Part shown: piece by piece, positions 40,605 to 49,723 of the stretch
Layout: every line of letters starts with the position of its first letter
Position numbering within the stretch: position 1 is the first letter of the stretch
Assembly (NCBI GenBank): GCA_963677895.2
Contig: CAXXGJ010000018.1
Coordinates: 416,001-480,000 of the forward strand
Direction of reading: 5' to 3'
DNA from: Treponemataceae bacterium
GTDB taxonomy: Bacteria > Spirochaetota > Spirochaetia > Treponematales > Rectinemataceae
DNA: 64,000 nucleotides
The notes under the pieces: generated by a model
The model's database searches: none
Seen by the model: only the letters and a program-made list of their open reading frames with translations
What the model was told of the DNA's origin: nothing
Position numbers and translations under genes: made by a program

Positions 40605-40622
40605 TGTTATACTTACATAACA
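40605..40622. promoter_or_regulatory. Palindrome overlapping extended -10 of tetR (candidate operator)
   Basis: TGTTAT-ACTTAC-ATAACA overlapping TGnTATACT. Confidence 0.5.
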
Positions 40623-40637
40623 ACAGCGGAGGTAAAA

Positions 40638-41261
40638 GTGTCAGTTTCGGTAGAGCATGACAAACGCAAGGAAGAGATCCTCGATAAGGCCCTCGATGTC
40701 TTCGTCATGGAAGGCTATAAAGATACGACATTCCAGAAAATCGCCGAGCGTTGCGGCATAACAAGGACGATCCTATACCTTTATTTCAATAATAAAAAGG
40801 AAATATTCTCATCCTGCATAAAGCGCTTCATGGGCCGACTGGAAAACGAAATCAGGGATATCGCCGGCGAATCCAGGAAAACCAGTTCCGAAAAGATAAT
40901 CGCGATCGGGGAGATGGTCGTCCAGCTTTGCTCGACGGAGTCGAAGCTCCTCTCGATCGTGCTGGATTACCTCTTGAAGCTAAAGCTGGCCGGAGGCGAT
41001 CCCGACGAAAGGGTGAGGCGCCGCACCGTGCGTATGCGTCATATTCTGGCGATGATCATCATCGAGGGAAAGAAAAAGGGCGAGTTCGCTTCCGCGGTGT
41101 CCGGAAGAGCGGCGAGCGAGCTTTTTTACGCGCTGATCGAAGCGGCTGTCTTCAGGATTACCGTGCTTGGCCAAAAAGACGCGTCCGTACTTTCCGATTC
41201 ACTCAGACTCCTGACATCCAGCATGAAAATCCCGGGCGGCAACTCGGGAACTCCCGTTTGA
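40638..41261 (+). CDS. TetR/AcrR-family regulator
   Basis: GTG start after GGAGG; ILDKALDVF..EGY...IAERCGITRTILYLYFNNKKEI HTH. Confidence 0.92.
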   Translation: MSVSVEHDKRKEEILDKALDVFVMEGYKDTTFQKIAERCGITRTILYLYFNNKKEIFSSCIKRFMGRLENEIRDIAGESRKTSSEKIIAIGEMVVQLCSTESKLLSIVLDYLLKLKLAGGDPDERVRRRTVRMRHILAMIIIEGKKKGEFASAVSGRAASELFYALIEAAVFRITVLGQKDASVLSDSLRLLTSSMKIPGGNSGTPV

Positions 41262-41300
41262 GGGCGAAATAGAGGCCTCGGCCGGATCGACCGCTTTGCC

Positions 41301-42032
41301 TCATTGAATATCGAGGCTGGCTTTTTCGAGCAATCCCATTCTTATTTTGCTTAGCGCGGATTTTTTCGCTACGACCTTGGCCGTGAACAGGCTGTCTATG
41401 TTTTTTTCGTAATTGAGAATTCTGGAGATGTAATCCAGGGTTTTTACGGGCGCTCCGCTGTTCGACACCTTCGTTCTTCCCGCATTGTACATCGCCAGCG
41501 CCGAAACTTCATTGCCGGACAAATCCAGAACATGCCTAAAATATTTGATGCCCTCTTTCGCGTTGTGTGAGGGATCGTAGATTTCCGTTTCGGTAAGATT
41601 GGGGAAGGTTGAGGAGTTGAGCTGGAACAATCCCCTGTCGACGCTCGTGGCGTTCTTGTGCTGGGCTTTGGGATTGAAGCGGCTTTCCTCGTAAGCGATC
41701 GCGAAAGCCAGGCCGGCTGGGACTTCATGCTTGACCGCGTTGTCGAGAATCGCGACGGCGATTGTCCTGGAATTGGTGAGCGAGGAGAAAAAATCCACGA
41801 CGCTGTTCTTGGTGCCCGTGTTCAGGTAATACGCCGCTATCGTGTCATTGTCGTTCTTTTCTTCGATGTTCATGGGCAGGTTTTCAGGATGCACGGCGAG
41901 GGAAAGAACCTCGCTGTCAAGCTTCAAATTCACTTCCGGAGAGGGTGCGCAGGCGATACTGATTAGCCCCGCGACGATAGCTAAAAACACCGCTCCTTTG
42001 GCTCGCAATGGTCGATAGGAAAGCATTCTCAA
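41301..42032 (-). CDS. Lytic transglycosylase (SLT domain), probable lipoprotein
   Basis: Lipobox-like ISIAC; EESRFNP, GLFQLN, AMYNAG. Confidence 0.88.
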   Translation of the reverse strand: MRMLSYRPLRAKGAVFLAIVAGLISIACAPSPEVNLKLDSEVLSLAVHPENLPMNIEEKNDNDTIAAYYLNTGTKNSVVDFFSSLTNSRTIAVAILDNAVKHEVPAGLAFAIAYEESRFNPKAQHKNATSVDRGLFQLNSSTFPNLTETEIYDPSHNAKEGIKYFRHVLDLSGNEVSALAMYNAGRTKVSNSGAPVKTLDYISRILNYEKNIDSLFTAKVVAKKSALSKIRMGLLEKASLDIQ

Positions 42033-42262
42033 CGATAACTCCTTGCATGGAAAGGCCGTAAAACCTTTCTTCCGCTTAGTCCGTCTATTGTAAGGATTGA
42101 GGCAAGATGGTCAAGTGGTCGGCAAAGTCATGGTTTTGAGCCGCCGCAGGGCGCGAAATTCCATTGAATTTCCCTGGTTTTTTCTTTGCGTGTTTGCCTC
42201 CAGAATCTTATCGCGGTTTTCCATACTTAACAAAAACAGTATTTGCCTCCATAATCGGCACT

Positions 42263-42766
42263 ATGAAAAACGCAGCGATTCGCGTCATCGTTACTGGCGG
42301 TACTTTCGACAAACACTACGACGAGATCAAGGGCGAGCTCACTTTCAGGGATAGCAGCCTGCCGGAAATCCTCACGCGGGCGCGGGTGAAGGTTCCCGTC
42401 ACCGTCGAGATGAACCAGCTTATAGATAGCCTCCAGATGCAGGACGTCAACCGGATGTCCGTGCTTCTTTCCTGCCGCAACTCCGAGGAAAGCCGGATCA
42501 TCATCACCCATGGAACCGACACCATGACGACGACGGCCTCCCTTCTCGGCGGGGAAAAGCTCCACAAGACCATCATCCTCACCGGGGCCATGGTTCCCTA
42601 CAAGGTTTTGGATTCGGACGCGCTTTTCAATTTCGGCACGGCTTTTTCCGCGGTCCAGCTCCTGCCCGAGGGGGTATATATCGCCATGAACGGCAGGGTT
42701 TTCGCGTGGGACAATGTCAGGAAGAACAAGGCTTTAGGCGTGTTTGAGGAGATGGACGGCATATGA
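42263..42766 (+). CDS. Short-chain asparaginase (N-terminal domain only)
   Basis: TGGT, DSL, HGTDT, LTGAM; 167 aa. Confidence 0.85.
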   Translation: MKNAAIRVIVTGGTFDKHYDEIKGELTFRDSSLPEILTRARVKVPVTVEMNQLIDSLQMQDVNRMSVLLSCRNSEESRIIITHGTDTMTTTASLLGGEKLHKTIILTGAMVPYKVLDSDALFNFGTAFSAVQLLPEGVYIAMNGRVFAWDNVRKNKALGVFEEMDGI

Positions 42767-42852
42767 CGGCGCTGGGGCGGCGTAATGCGGCGCTGGGGCG
42801 GGACGCTGCGTTGGAACAGCGGATCGCGGCGCTGGGACGGCGGGTCGCCTGA
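42763..42852 (+). CDS. Possible 29-aa repetitive peptide MTALGRRNAALGRDAALEQRIAALGRRVA
   Basis: ATGA overlap with the upstream stop and TGATG overlap with the downstream start; three CGGCGCTGGGRCGG repeats. Confidence 0.35.
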   Translation: MTALGRRNAALGRDAALEQRIAALGRRVA

Positions 42853-43535
42853 TGGCCAGGCGGAAGGACGCCGATAAGCGGCAGCTCATCCTTGGCGAAG
42901 CCAAGCGCATGTTCGCGGGCAAAGGCTATGACGCGACTTCCATGGCGGCGCTCGCCAAGCACATTGGCATTCCGGTGGGAAGCCTCTATACCTACTTCGA
43001 GTCCAAGGAAGCCCTGCTCAATACCATCATAGAAGAAGGCTGGAACGAATTCTTCCTTTACCTCCAGGGGGGCTTATCCGAGGGCGGCTCATCCGAGGGC
43101 GGCGCCCTGTCCCGTTTAGCTTTCCTTGTGCGGAAGGCATTGCCCGAATTGTTCAAGGATCTCGACTTGATTGCGATCCTGCTCGCGCAGGCGGATCAGT
43201 CCTCCCGCCTCGGCGAAAAATTGGAGCAACTCGCCTTCCTCGTCGACTCGATAATCATGGATTTCAGGAAGGCCGAGAGGGGAAATGCGGGATCTGGAAT
43301 TCCCAACCTCAAGACAGGCCTGGCGGTCATGCTCCTCGGGAGCCTTGAGACGATGCGTTTGATTCACCGGGCCGGGATCGATATCGGGATGGAGGATGTC
43401 ATCGCCTTTCTTGTCCTGACGATCGAAGGCGCTTTGGGCTGCTCGCTGCCCGCTATTTGCGAGCCTGGAGACCCGCTTTCCACAACTGCCGCCCGGAGCG
43501 GTTCGCCTGCCTGCGCTGACGCGGCGGGAGGCTGA
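42852..43535 (+). CDS. TetR/AcrR-family regulator
   Basis: ILGEAKRMFAGKGY...LAKHIGIPVGSLYTYFESKEAL. Confidence 0.9.
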   Translation: MARRKDADKRQLILGEAKRMFAGKGYDATSMAALAKHIGIPVGSLYTYFESKEALLNTIIEEGWNEFFLYLQGGLSEGGSSEGGALSRLAFLVRKALPELFKDLDLIAILLAQADQSSRLGEKLEQLAFLVDSIIMDFRKAERGNAGSGIPNLKTGLAVMLLGSLETMRLIHRAGIDIGMEDVIAFLVLTIEGALGCSLPAICEPGDPLSTTAARSGSPACADAAGG

Positions 43536-44505
43536 AGGGGCTCTTGCGAGCCAGCCAGAGCTTCACGATCGGGCTCACGATGAACACGAGGCGGCTCAGG
43601 AAACGGGTTTCCCATCGCACTTCCTCATAATAATCCTCGAGGGTTTTTCGCCTGAAATGCAATAGCGAATCGGCATAATCGGAGTCCTCGTACCAGCCGC
43701 AATGGAAATTGGCGGCCGCGAAGGCGTTTTCGGGCAGAAAAGTCGAATCGCCGAGGCCGAAATATCTGAACACCCGATCGAGGAAGGCCCTGAAGAAGGT
43801 ACGGCAGAGAGAGCCGCCGCCGATGTCGAGGGTTTGACCGCCGATGGAGGGGAGGGAGGCGGCGGCGGCGAAGGCGCGGCCCGCGTCTTCGGTATGGATG
43901 ATTTCGAGCCGCGTCTCGGGGGGCATCGAGAAGAGAAGGGGGTCGAAGGGCAGCCATTTCGCCCAGACGACGTAGGAGAGGCGCAGAACGGCGAAGTCGA
44001 GGCCGGACGCGCGCAGAAGCCTCTCGCATTCCGCCTTCGTTTCGCTGTAAAGATCCGAGGGATGGATTTCATCCGATGTCTTTATCCAGAAATTCTTGAG
44101 GCGGTCTCCATAGATGGCTATGCTCGAGGCGAAGATCAGGCGGGGAGGGTTCCGGGCCGACCGGCATGCCTCGATGATGTTGGCCGTGCCGCCGATATTG
44201 ATGGCTTTCGTCTTTTCGGGATCCTTTTCCGCCGCCGGCGGGATGAGGGCCGCGAGATGAATCACCGCGTCGGGGCCATCCGGGAAGGCGGAAAACGCTC
44301 TGCTTATGTCCGCCAGCGACCTTATGTCGCCGAAGACGAACTTGCAGGAAGCCCACTGCGTATTGAGCAGTCTTTTGAGCCCGGCTCCCGCCTTTTTAAG
44401 CGCCGAGGGGCTTTCGAAAATCGCGATGGAATGGCCCGCGGCAAGACAGGCCATCACCGCGCTGCGCCCCACATTCCCGAATCCGCCCGTCACCAGGATG
44501 TTCAT
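43453..44505 (-). CDS. NAD-dependent epimerase/dehydratase (extended SDR)
   Basis: ILVTGGFGNVG, HLAA, SSIAIYG, YSETK. Confidence 0.9.
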   Translation of the reverse strand: MNILVTGGFGNVGRSAVMACLAAGHSIAIFESPSALKKAGAGLKRLLNTQWASCKFVFGDIRSLADISRAFSAFPDGPDAVIHLAALIPPAAEKDPEKTKAINIGGTANIIEACRSARNPPRLIFASSIAIYGDRLKNFWIKTSDEIHPSDLYSETKAECERLLRASGLDFAVLRLSYVVWAKWLPFDPLLFSMPPETRLEIIHTEDAGRAFAAAASLPSIGGQTLDIGGGSLCRTFFRAFLDRVFRYFGLGDSTFLPENAFAAANFHCGWYEDSDYADSLLHFRRKTLEDYYEEVRWETRFLSRLVFIVSPIVKLWLARKSPFSLPPRQRRQANRSGRQLWKAGLQARK

Positions 44506-44650
44506 TCATCGCCTCCGGATAGAAAGCTTCTGAGATGAAGTATACTATAAATGAACGATCATTCAATATACAAGGTTACAAGGTTTCCCTTTATTGGTCG
44601 AACAGGTATCTTATTGACGATAATCGCTGTCCTGTCGTACACTTCGCGCC

Positions 44651-46447
44651 ATGATTACGATTCATGAACTGCGAAGCAAATACATAGAATTCTTCAAGTC
44701 GAAAGATCATATCGAGATCAGCGGCAAGTCCCTCGTCCCCGAAAACGATCCTTCGGTTCTTTTCACGACGGCCGGCATGCATCCCTTGGTCCCGTATCTC
44801 CTCGGCGAGCCGCATCCCGCGGGCAAGAGGCTGACGGACTACCAGAAATGCATCCGGACCGGCGACATCGAAGAAGTGGGCGACGAAGGTCATCTCACCT
44901 TTTTCGAGATGCTGGGCAACTGGTCCCTCGGCGATTATTTCAAGAAGGAATCCATAGCCTTTTCCTGGGAATTTCTCGTCTCCCCGAAATGGCTCGCTCT
45001 CGATCCCGCGAAGATTTCCGTGACGGTGTTCGCCGGCGACGAAAATTCGCCCAGGGATGAAGTTTCCGCCGATGCCTGGAAGTCTCTGGGCATGCCGGCC
45101 GACCGGATAGCCTATCTTCCCGCCGGCGACAACTGGTGGGCCGCCGGTCCCGTCGGCCCCTGCGGCCCCGACACCGAGATTTTCATCTGGACCGGCGAGG
45201 GACTGCCTCCCGCCGGCTCCAACAAAGGCACCGATCCCAAGCGTTGGATGGAAATCTGGAACAATGTCTTCATGGAATTCAACCGCGTGGACGAAAGGAC
45301 CCTCGTGAAGCTGCCCGCCCAGAACGTGGACACGGGCATGGGCCTCGAGCGGACCGTGGCCATGCTTCAGGGCAAAAAATCGGTCTATGAGACCGAGGCC
45401 TTCACGCCCATCCTCGAAACCCTGGGACGTCTCGCGGGAAAGGCCTATGGCGCTCCCGGAAATGATCCCGAACTCGATCGCAGCTTCAGGATAGTGGCCG
45501 ACCATGTACGCACGGCCACCTTCATCCTGGGCGACCCGAAAGCCGTCCTTCCCTCCAACGTGGGAGCGGGCTACGTGCTGCGGCGCATCATCAGGCGGGC
45601 GGTGCGGCATGGCCGCAAGCTCGGCATCGAAGGCGCCTTCCTATCGATTCCCGCCGAGGGCGTGATCGAGAACTACGCGGTTCCCTATCCGGAACTCGTG
45701 GAGAACAAGGCGCGCGTCCTCGACGAGTTGCGCGGCGAGGAGGAAAAATTCCTCGAAACCTTGATAAAGGGCGAGCATGAATTCCAGAAGATGCTGCCCA
45801 ATCTCCTCAGGAATCCCCAGAAAATAATGTCGGGACGCCTGGCTTTCAAGCTCTACGACACCTATGGCTTCCCGATCGAGCTGACCGAGGAAGTAGCGGG
45901 CGAAAATGGCCTTACGGTCGACAGGGCGGAATTCGACGAGGCCTACAGGAAGCATCAGGAGCTTTCCAGGGCAGGCAGCGAGCAGACCTTCAAGGGCGGC
46001 CTGGCCGATCATTCCGAGATTTCCACGAAGTACCACTCCGTGACCCATCTCATGCAGAAGGCGCTGAGGATCGTCCTGGGCGACCACGTGGCGCAGAAAG
46101 GCAGCAATATCACGACGGAGCGCGTCCGCTTCGATTTTTCCCACCCCTCGCCGATGACAAAGGAAGAGATCGCCAAGGTGGAGGAGATCGTCAACGAGCA
46201 GATTCGCCGCGATTTGCCCGTTACGATGGAGATGATGAGCCTGGACGAGGCGAGGGCCGCGGGCGCCATCGCGCTGTTCGGCGAAAAGTACGAATCGGTG
46301 GTGAAGGTCTATACGATGGGCGATTTTTCGAAGGAAGTGTGCGGCGGTCCCCATGTGGCCCATACCGGCCTTCTTGGAAAATTCAGGATCCAGAAAGAGC
46401 AGTCTTCCAGCGCCGGCGTGCGCAGGATTTACGGTATTCTCGAATAG
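44651..46447 (+). CDS. alaS: Alanyl-tRNA synthetase, short form
   Basis: FTTAGM, TFFEMLGNWS, GPCGPDTEI, DTGMGLER, LYDTYGFP; editing HxxxH and CGGPH; ends at GVRRI. Confidence 0.97.
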   Translation: MITIHELRSKYIEFFKSKDHIEISGKSLVPENDPSVLFTTAGMHPLVPYLLGEPHPAGKRLTDYQKCIRTGDIEEVGDEGHLTFFEMLGNWSLGDYFKKESIAFSWEFLVSPKWLALDPAKISVTVFAGDENSPRDEVSADAWKSLGMPADRIAYLPAGDNWWAAGPVGPCGPDTEIFIWTGEGLPPAGSNKGTDPKRWMEIWNNVFMEFNRVDERTLVKLPAQNVDTGMGLERTVAMLQGKKSVYETEAFTPILETLGRLAGKAYGAPGNDPELDRSFRIVADHVRTATFILGDPKAVLPSNVGAGYVLRRIIRRAVRHGRKLGIEGAFLSIPAEGVIENYAVPYPELVENKARVLDELRGEEEKFLETLIKGEHEFQKMLPNLLRNPQKIMSGRLAFKLYDTYGFPIELTEEVAGENGLTVDRAEFDEAYRKHQELSRAGSEQTFKGGLADHSEISTKYHSVTHLMQKALRIVLGDHVAQKGSNITTERVRFDFSHPSPMTKEEIAKVEEIVNEQIRRDLPVTMEMMSLDEARAAGAIALFGEKYESVVKVYTMGDFSKEVCGGPHVAHTGLLGKFRIQKEQSSSAGVRRIYGILE

Positions 46448-46501
46448 CTTTTGGCGCGCGGATAGGCGGGCGGCTTCTTTGCTTCGCCGCTGGCCGCGCG
46501 T

Positions 46502-46843
46502 TCAACTGATTCTGCGAAGGCCCTGGTATGCCGTATTGTCGTCTTCGGAGACGATGCGGAGTATCCATGGGCCTTCGGTTTTTTCTCCCTCCCACCATAC
46601 CTGCCGGATAAAATCCTCGAATCCGTCCTCCACCGTTGGATAGTCGGCTTTTCGCCATTGGAAGAAGACGTATTCGCCAGCGGGGATGGCCAAGGCTTGG
46701 CCTTGCGGCATGGCGAGAGGGCGCCGCAGGGTGGGGCCGGCGTTCCGGTCATCCACGATTATATCGTCGGGATCGAAGGTCCAGATGCCTTCTTCCGAAA
46801 GCGCGGAGCTGAGGTGGAGGCATAGGAGGCGGGGGTCGCTCAT
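46502..46843 (-). CDS. Hypothetical protein, weak GyrI/effector-binding resemblance
   Basis: Fills the gap between alaS and dxs; IPAGEYVF motif; has its own promoter-like sequence. Confidence 0.5.
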   Translation of the reverse strand: MSDPRLLCLHLSSALSEEGIWTFDPDDIIVDDRNAGPTLRRPLAMPQGQALAIPAGEYVFFQWRKADYPTVEDGFEDFIRQVWWEGEKTEGPWILRIVSEDDNTAYQGLRRIS

Positions 46844-46962
46844 GGCTGGATTCTGAAGGATTTTTCCTCGCTGTTCAAGCCGTGCCGGAATCGCCGCCGA
46901 TGGAATTCGGTCTTTTCCGGATATCTGGAAATAGTGCCTGTTTGATGGTATCCTGCCCTAAC

Positions 46963-48879
46963 ATGAGTCTTCTGGAAAGCATACGATCACCCGGGGATGT
47001 CAAGAAGCTCAAGGAATCCGAGCTTCGCTACCTCGCGGAAGAGATACGACATAAAATAGTGGACACTGTAAAGGCGAACGGGGGACATCTGTCCTCCAAC
47101 CTGGGCGTGATCGAGCTGAGCATAGCCCTTCACAGGGTGTTCGATTCGCCGCGCGACGCCATAGTCTGGGATGTGGGGCATCAAAGCTACACGCACAAGC
47201 TTCTCACCGGCCGCGCCCAGCTTTTCGGCAGAATTCGCAAAAAGGGCGGACTGTCGGGCTTTCCCAAGCGTTCGGAGAGCATCCACGACATTTTCGACAC
47301 CGGGCATTCCTCGACATCGATTTCATCGGCCCTGGGTCTTCTCGAGGCGAGGAAACGTTCGGGGAAGCCCGGACGCGTCATCGCCGTCATCGGCGACGGG
47401 GCCCTCACGGCGGGCATGGCATATGAGGGCTTGAGCAATGTCACTCAGCTCAACCTCCCTCTCATCGTCATTCTGAACGACAACAAGATGTCGATCTCTC
47501 CCAATGTGGGGGCGATTTCCCGCTATCTTTCCCGGCTATCCGCCAGCGTGCACTATCAGAGTTTCCGGAGGAAATTCGACACGCTCGTGGAAGCCATTCC
47601 GCATTTCGGCGGTTTTTTCCTCGATATGATCGTGCGCGGAAAGCGCGCCGTGAAGGCCATCTTCTTCAAGGAAAATCTTTTTTCCGACCTGGGATTCGAA
47701 TATGTGGGTCCCATCGACGGCCACAATATTCCCGTCCTGATCAGCGTGCTGAACCAGGTCAGAAAACTGGAACGTCCGGTGGTCGTCCATGTCGTCACGA
47801 CGAAGGGCAAGGGATTCGAAAAGGCCGAGGAGGATCCCGAGAGCTTCCACGGTGTATCGCCCTTCCATTCGGGTCCGGCCCAAACCCAACCCACCTTCAC
47901 CGAAATTTTCGGGAAGGCGATGGAGGAGATGGCCTCGGAGCGCGGCGATCTTGTCGCGATAACGGCGGCCATGGCTAAAGGCACCGGCCTTGACCTGATG
48001 GCGAAAAAATTCCCCGCCCGCGTGTACGATGTCGGGATCGCCGAGCAGCACGCGGTCACCTTCGCAGCGGGTCTGGCCACGGGGGGACTCTCTCCCGTCG
48101 TGGCGATCTATTCCACCTTCATGCAGAGGGCCGTGGACCAGGTGCTCCACGATGTCGCGTTGCCGAATCTCCATGTGGTGTTCGCCCTGGACAGGGCCGG
48201 CGCCGTTGGCGAGGATGGGGAGACGCACCAGGGGTTCTACGACATTGCGCTTTTAAAGGCTCTGCCGAACATGACGATGCTGGCGCCATCGGGCGCCGCG
48301 GAAATGAAGGCTTTTCTGGTCTATGCCTTGGCGCAGCGAGGTCCTGTCGTCATTCGCTATCCCAAGGCCCGAATCGCCCGAGACGAGAACCCTGAGGCTC
48401 CCGTGGCGCTGGCTGCCTTGGTCACCGGCCGCGGGGAATTCCTCCGCAGGACCCCCGGAGCTTCCTTGCTGGTCTGCGCGCTGGGGCCTGTAGCGAGGAG
48501 CGCGGCCAACGCGATCGACCGGCTTGCCGCGAAGGGCGTCTATATCGATCTCTATTCCCTCCGCTTCGTCTGCCCGATAGACGAAGCCTACCTCGCGGAG
48601 GTCTGCGGGCATTACGCCGAGATCGTCACGGTAGAGGAAGGTTCCAAATCGGGAGGCGTGGGGGAAACGGTCGCGTCGATTTTATCCCGGAAATCCGTGG
48701 GCGTAGGGGTCACCACGCTCGGCTTCAATGTCCTGCCCTCCGCGCAGGCGTCGCGCGACGAACTCCTGCGAGAGGCCGGCCTCGACGAGGATGGACTGTA
48801 TTCCACGATCGGGAGAATGGCTGCCGACACAAAGGGCACGAGGTTGTATGAAACGATATCTTTCGCTGCCCGGGTCTAG
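46963..48879 (+). CDS. dxs: 1-deoxy-D-xylulose-5-phosphate synthase
   Basis: GGHLSSNLG, WDVGHQSY, GDGA..NDNKMSI, GIAEQHA, DGETHQG. Confidence 0.97.
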   Translation: MSLLESIRSPGDVKKLKESELRYLAEEIRHKIVDTVKANGGHLSSNLGVIELSIALHRVFDSPRDAIVWDVGHQSYTHKLLTGRAQLFGRIRKKGGLSGFPKRSESIHDIFDTGHSSTSISSALGLLEARKRSGKPGRVIAVIGDGALTAGMAYEGLSNVTQLNLPLIVILNDNKMSISPNVGAISRYLSRLSASVHYQSFRRKFDTLVEAIPHFGGFFLDMIVRGKRAVKAIFFKENLFSDLGFEYVGPIDGHNIPVLISVLNQVRKLERPVVVHVVTTKGKGFEKAEEDPESFHGVSPFHSGPAQTQPTFTEIFGKAMEEMASERGDLVAITAAMAKGTGLDLMAKKFPARVYDVGIAEQHAVTFAAGLATGGLSPVVAIYSTFMQRAVDQVLHDVALPNLHVVFALDRAGAVGEDGETHQGFYDIALLKALPNMTMLAPSGAAEMKAFLVYALAQRGPVVIRYPKARIARDENPEAPVALAALVTGRGEFLRRTPGASLLVCALGPVARSAANAIDRLAAKGVYIDLYSLRFVCPIDEAYLAEVCGHYAEIVTVEEGSKSGGVGETVASILSRKSVGVGVTTLGFNVLPSAQASRDELLREAGLDEDGLYSTIGRMAADTKGTRLYETISFAARV

Positions 48880-49723
48880 AACCCTCGAACTCGGCGTACG
48901 CCCGGTCATAATGGGCATCGTCAACGTGACGCCCGATTCCTTTTTCAGCGAGAGCAGGCGCCTCGATCCTCTGGAAGCGGCCGATAGGGCTTTATCGCTT
49001 ATCGGCGAGGGGGCTGATATCCTCGATTTCGGCGCCGAGTCGACGAGGCCTGGCTCGGATCCTGTGGATCCTGAAGAGGAGAAGCGCAGGCTGATTCCCG
49101 CCATCAGACAATTCCGCAAGCAGTCAAGCGCGATTATTTCGGTGGACACCAGGCGCGCCGATGTCGCGGCGGCGGCCCTGGGCGAGGGGGCGGATATCGT
49201 GAACGACATCGGCGCGCTCGGCGACCTTGGTATGGCTTCAGTAGTGGCGCGCTATGGCGCGGCCATTGTTCTCATGCATATGCGCGGCGATCCCGCGACG
49301 ATGCAGGAGAGCCCGCGCTATGATGACTGTGCCGCCGAAGTGCGGGATTTTCTCGACGCGGCGGTCCGAAGAGCGCTCGAAGCCGGCATTCTGCCGGCCG
49401 GCATCATCCTCGATCCCGGGATCGGCTTCGGAAAGCGGCTCGAACACAACCTTGATTTGCTCGAAAGGCTTTATCTCCTGGCCGAATCCGGCTATCCTGT
49501 GCTTGTGGGGCTGTCGCGTAAGCGTTTTATCGGCGAAATCACCGGCAAGCCCGTGGAAGAAAGGCTCGCGGGGAGCCTGGGCGCCGCCTGCGCGGCCTGG
49601 GCGCGGGGAGCCGATATTTTCAGGGTTCACGATGTCGCGGCGACGCGGGACGCGCTCAAGGTTTTTGACGCGGCGGCGCGGCGCGGCCCCGGATCCGGCA
49701 TGAGGAGACCTGATGGACCTTAA
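48848..49723 (+). CDS. folP: Dihydropteroate synthase
   Basis: MGIVNVTPDSF, ESTRPG, DPGIGFGK, SRKRF, RVHDV. Confidence 0.96.
   Translation: MKRYLSLPGSRTLELGVRPVIMGIVNVTPDSFFSESRRLDPLEAADRALSLIGEGADILDFGAESTRPGSDPVDPEEEKRRLIPAIRQFRKQSSAIISVDTRRADVAAAALGEGADIVNDIGALGDLGMASVVARYGAAIVLMHMRGDPATMQESPRYDDCAAEVRDFLDAAVRRALEAGILPAGIILDPGIGFGKRLEHNLDLLERLYLLAESGYPVLVGLSRKRFIGEITGKPVEERLAGSLGAACAAWARGADIFRVHDVAATRDALKVFDAAARRGPGSGMRRPDGP

Noticed and set aside
42767..42840. GCTGGGG repeats as Chi sites or a mini-CRISPR
   Set aside because: Repeats are 14 bp with irregular 7 and 25 nt gaps, no cas genes are present, and the Chi sequence for this AddAB is unknown.
44510..44650. T-box leader for alaS
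   Set aside because: The region is too short and the promoter abuts the start codon.
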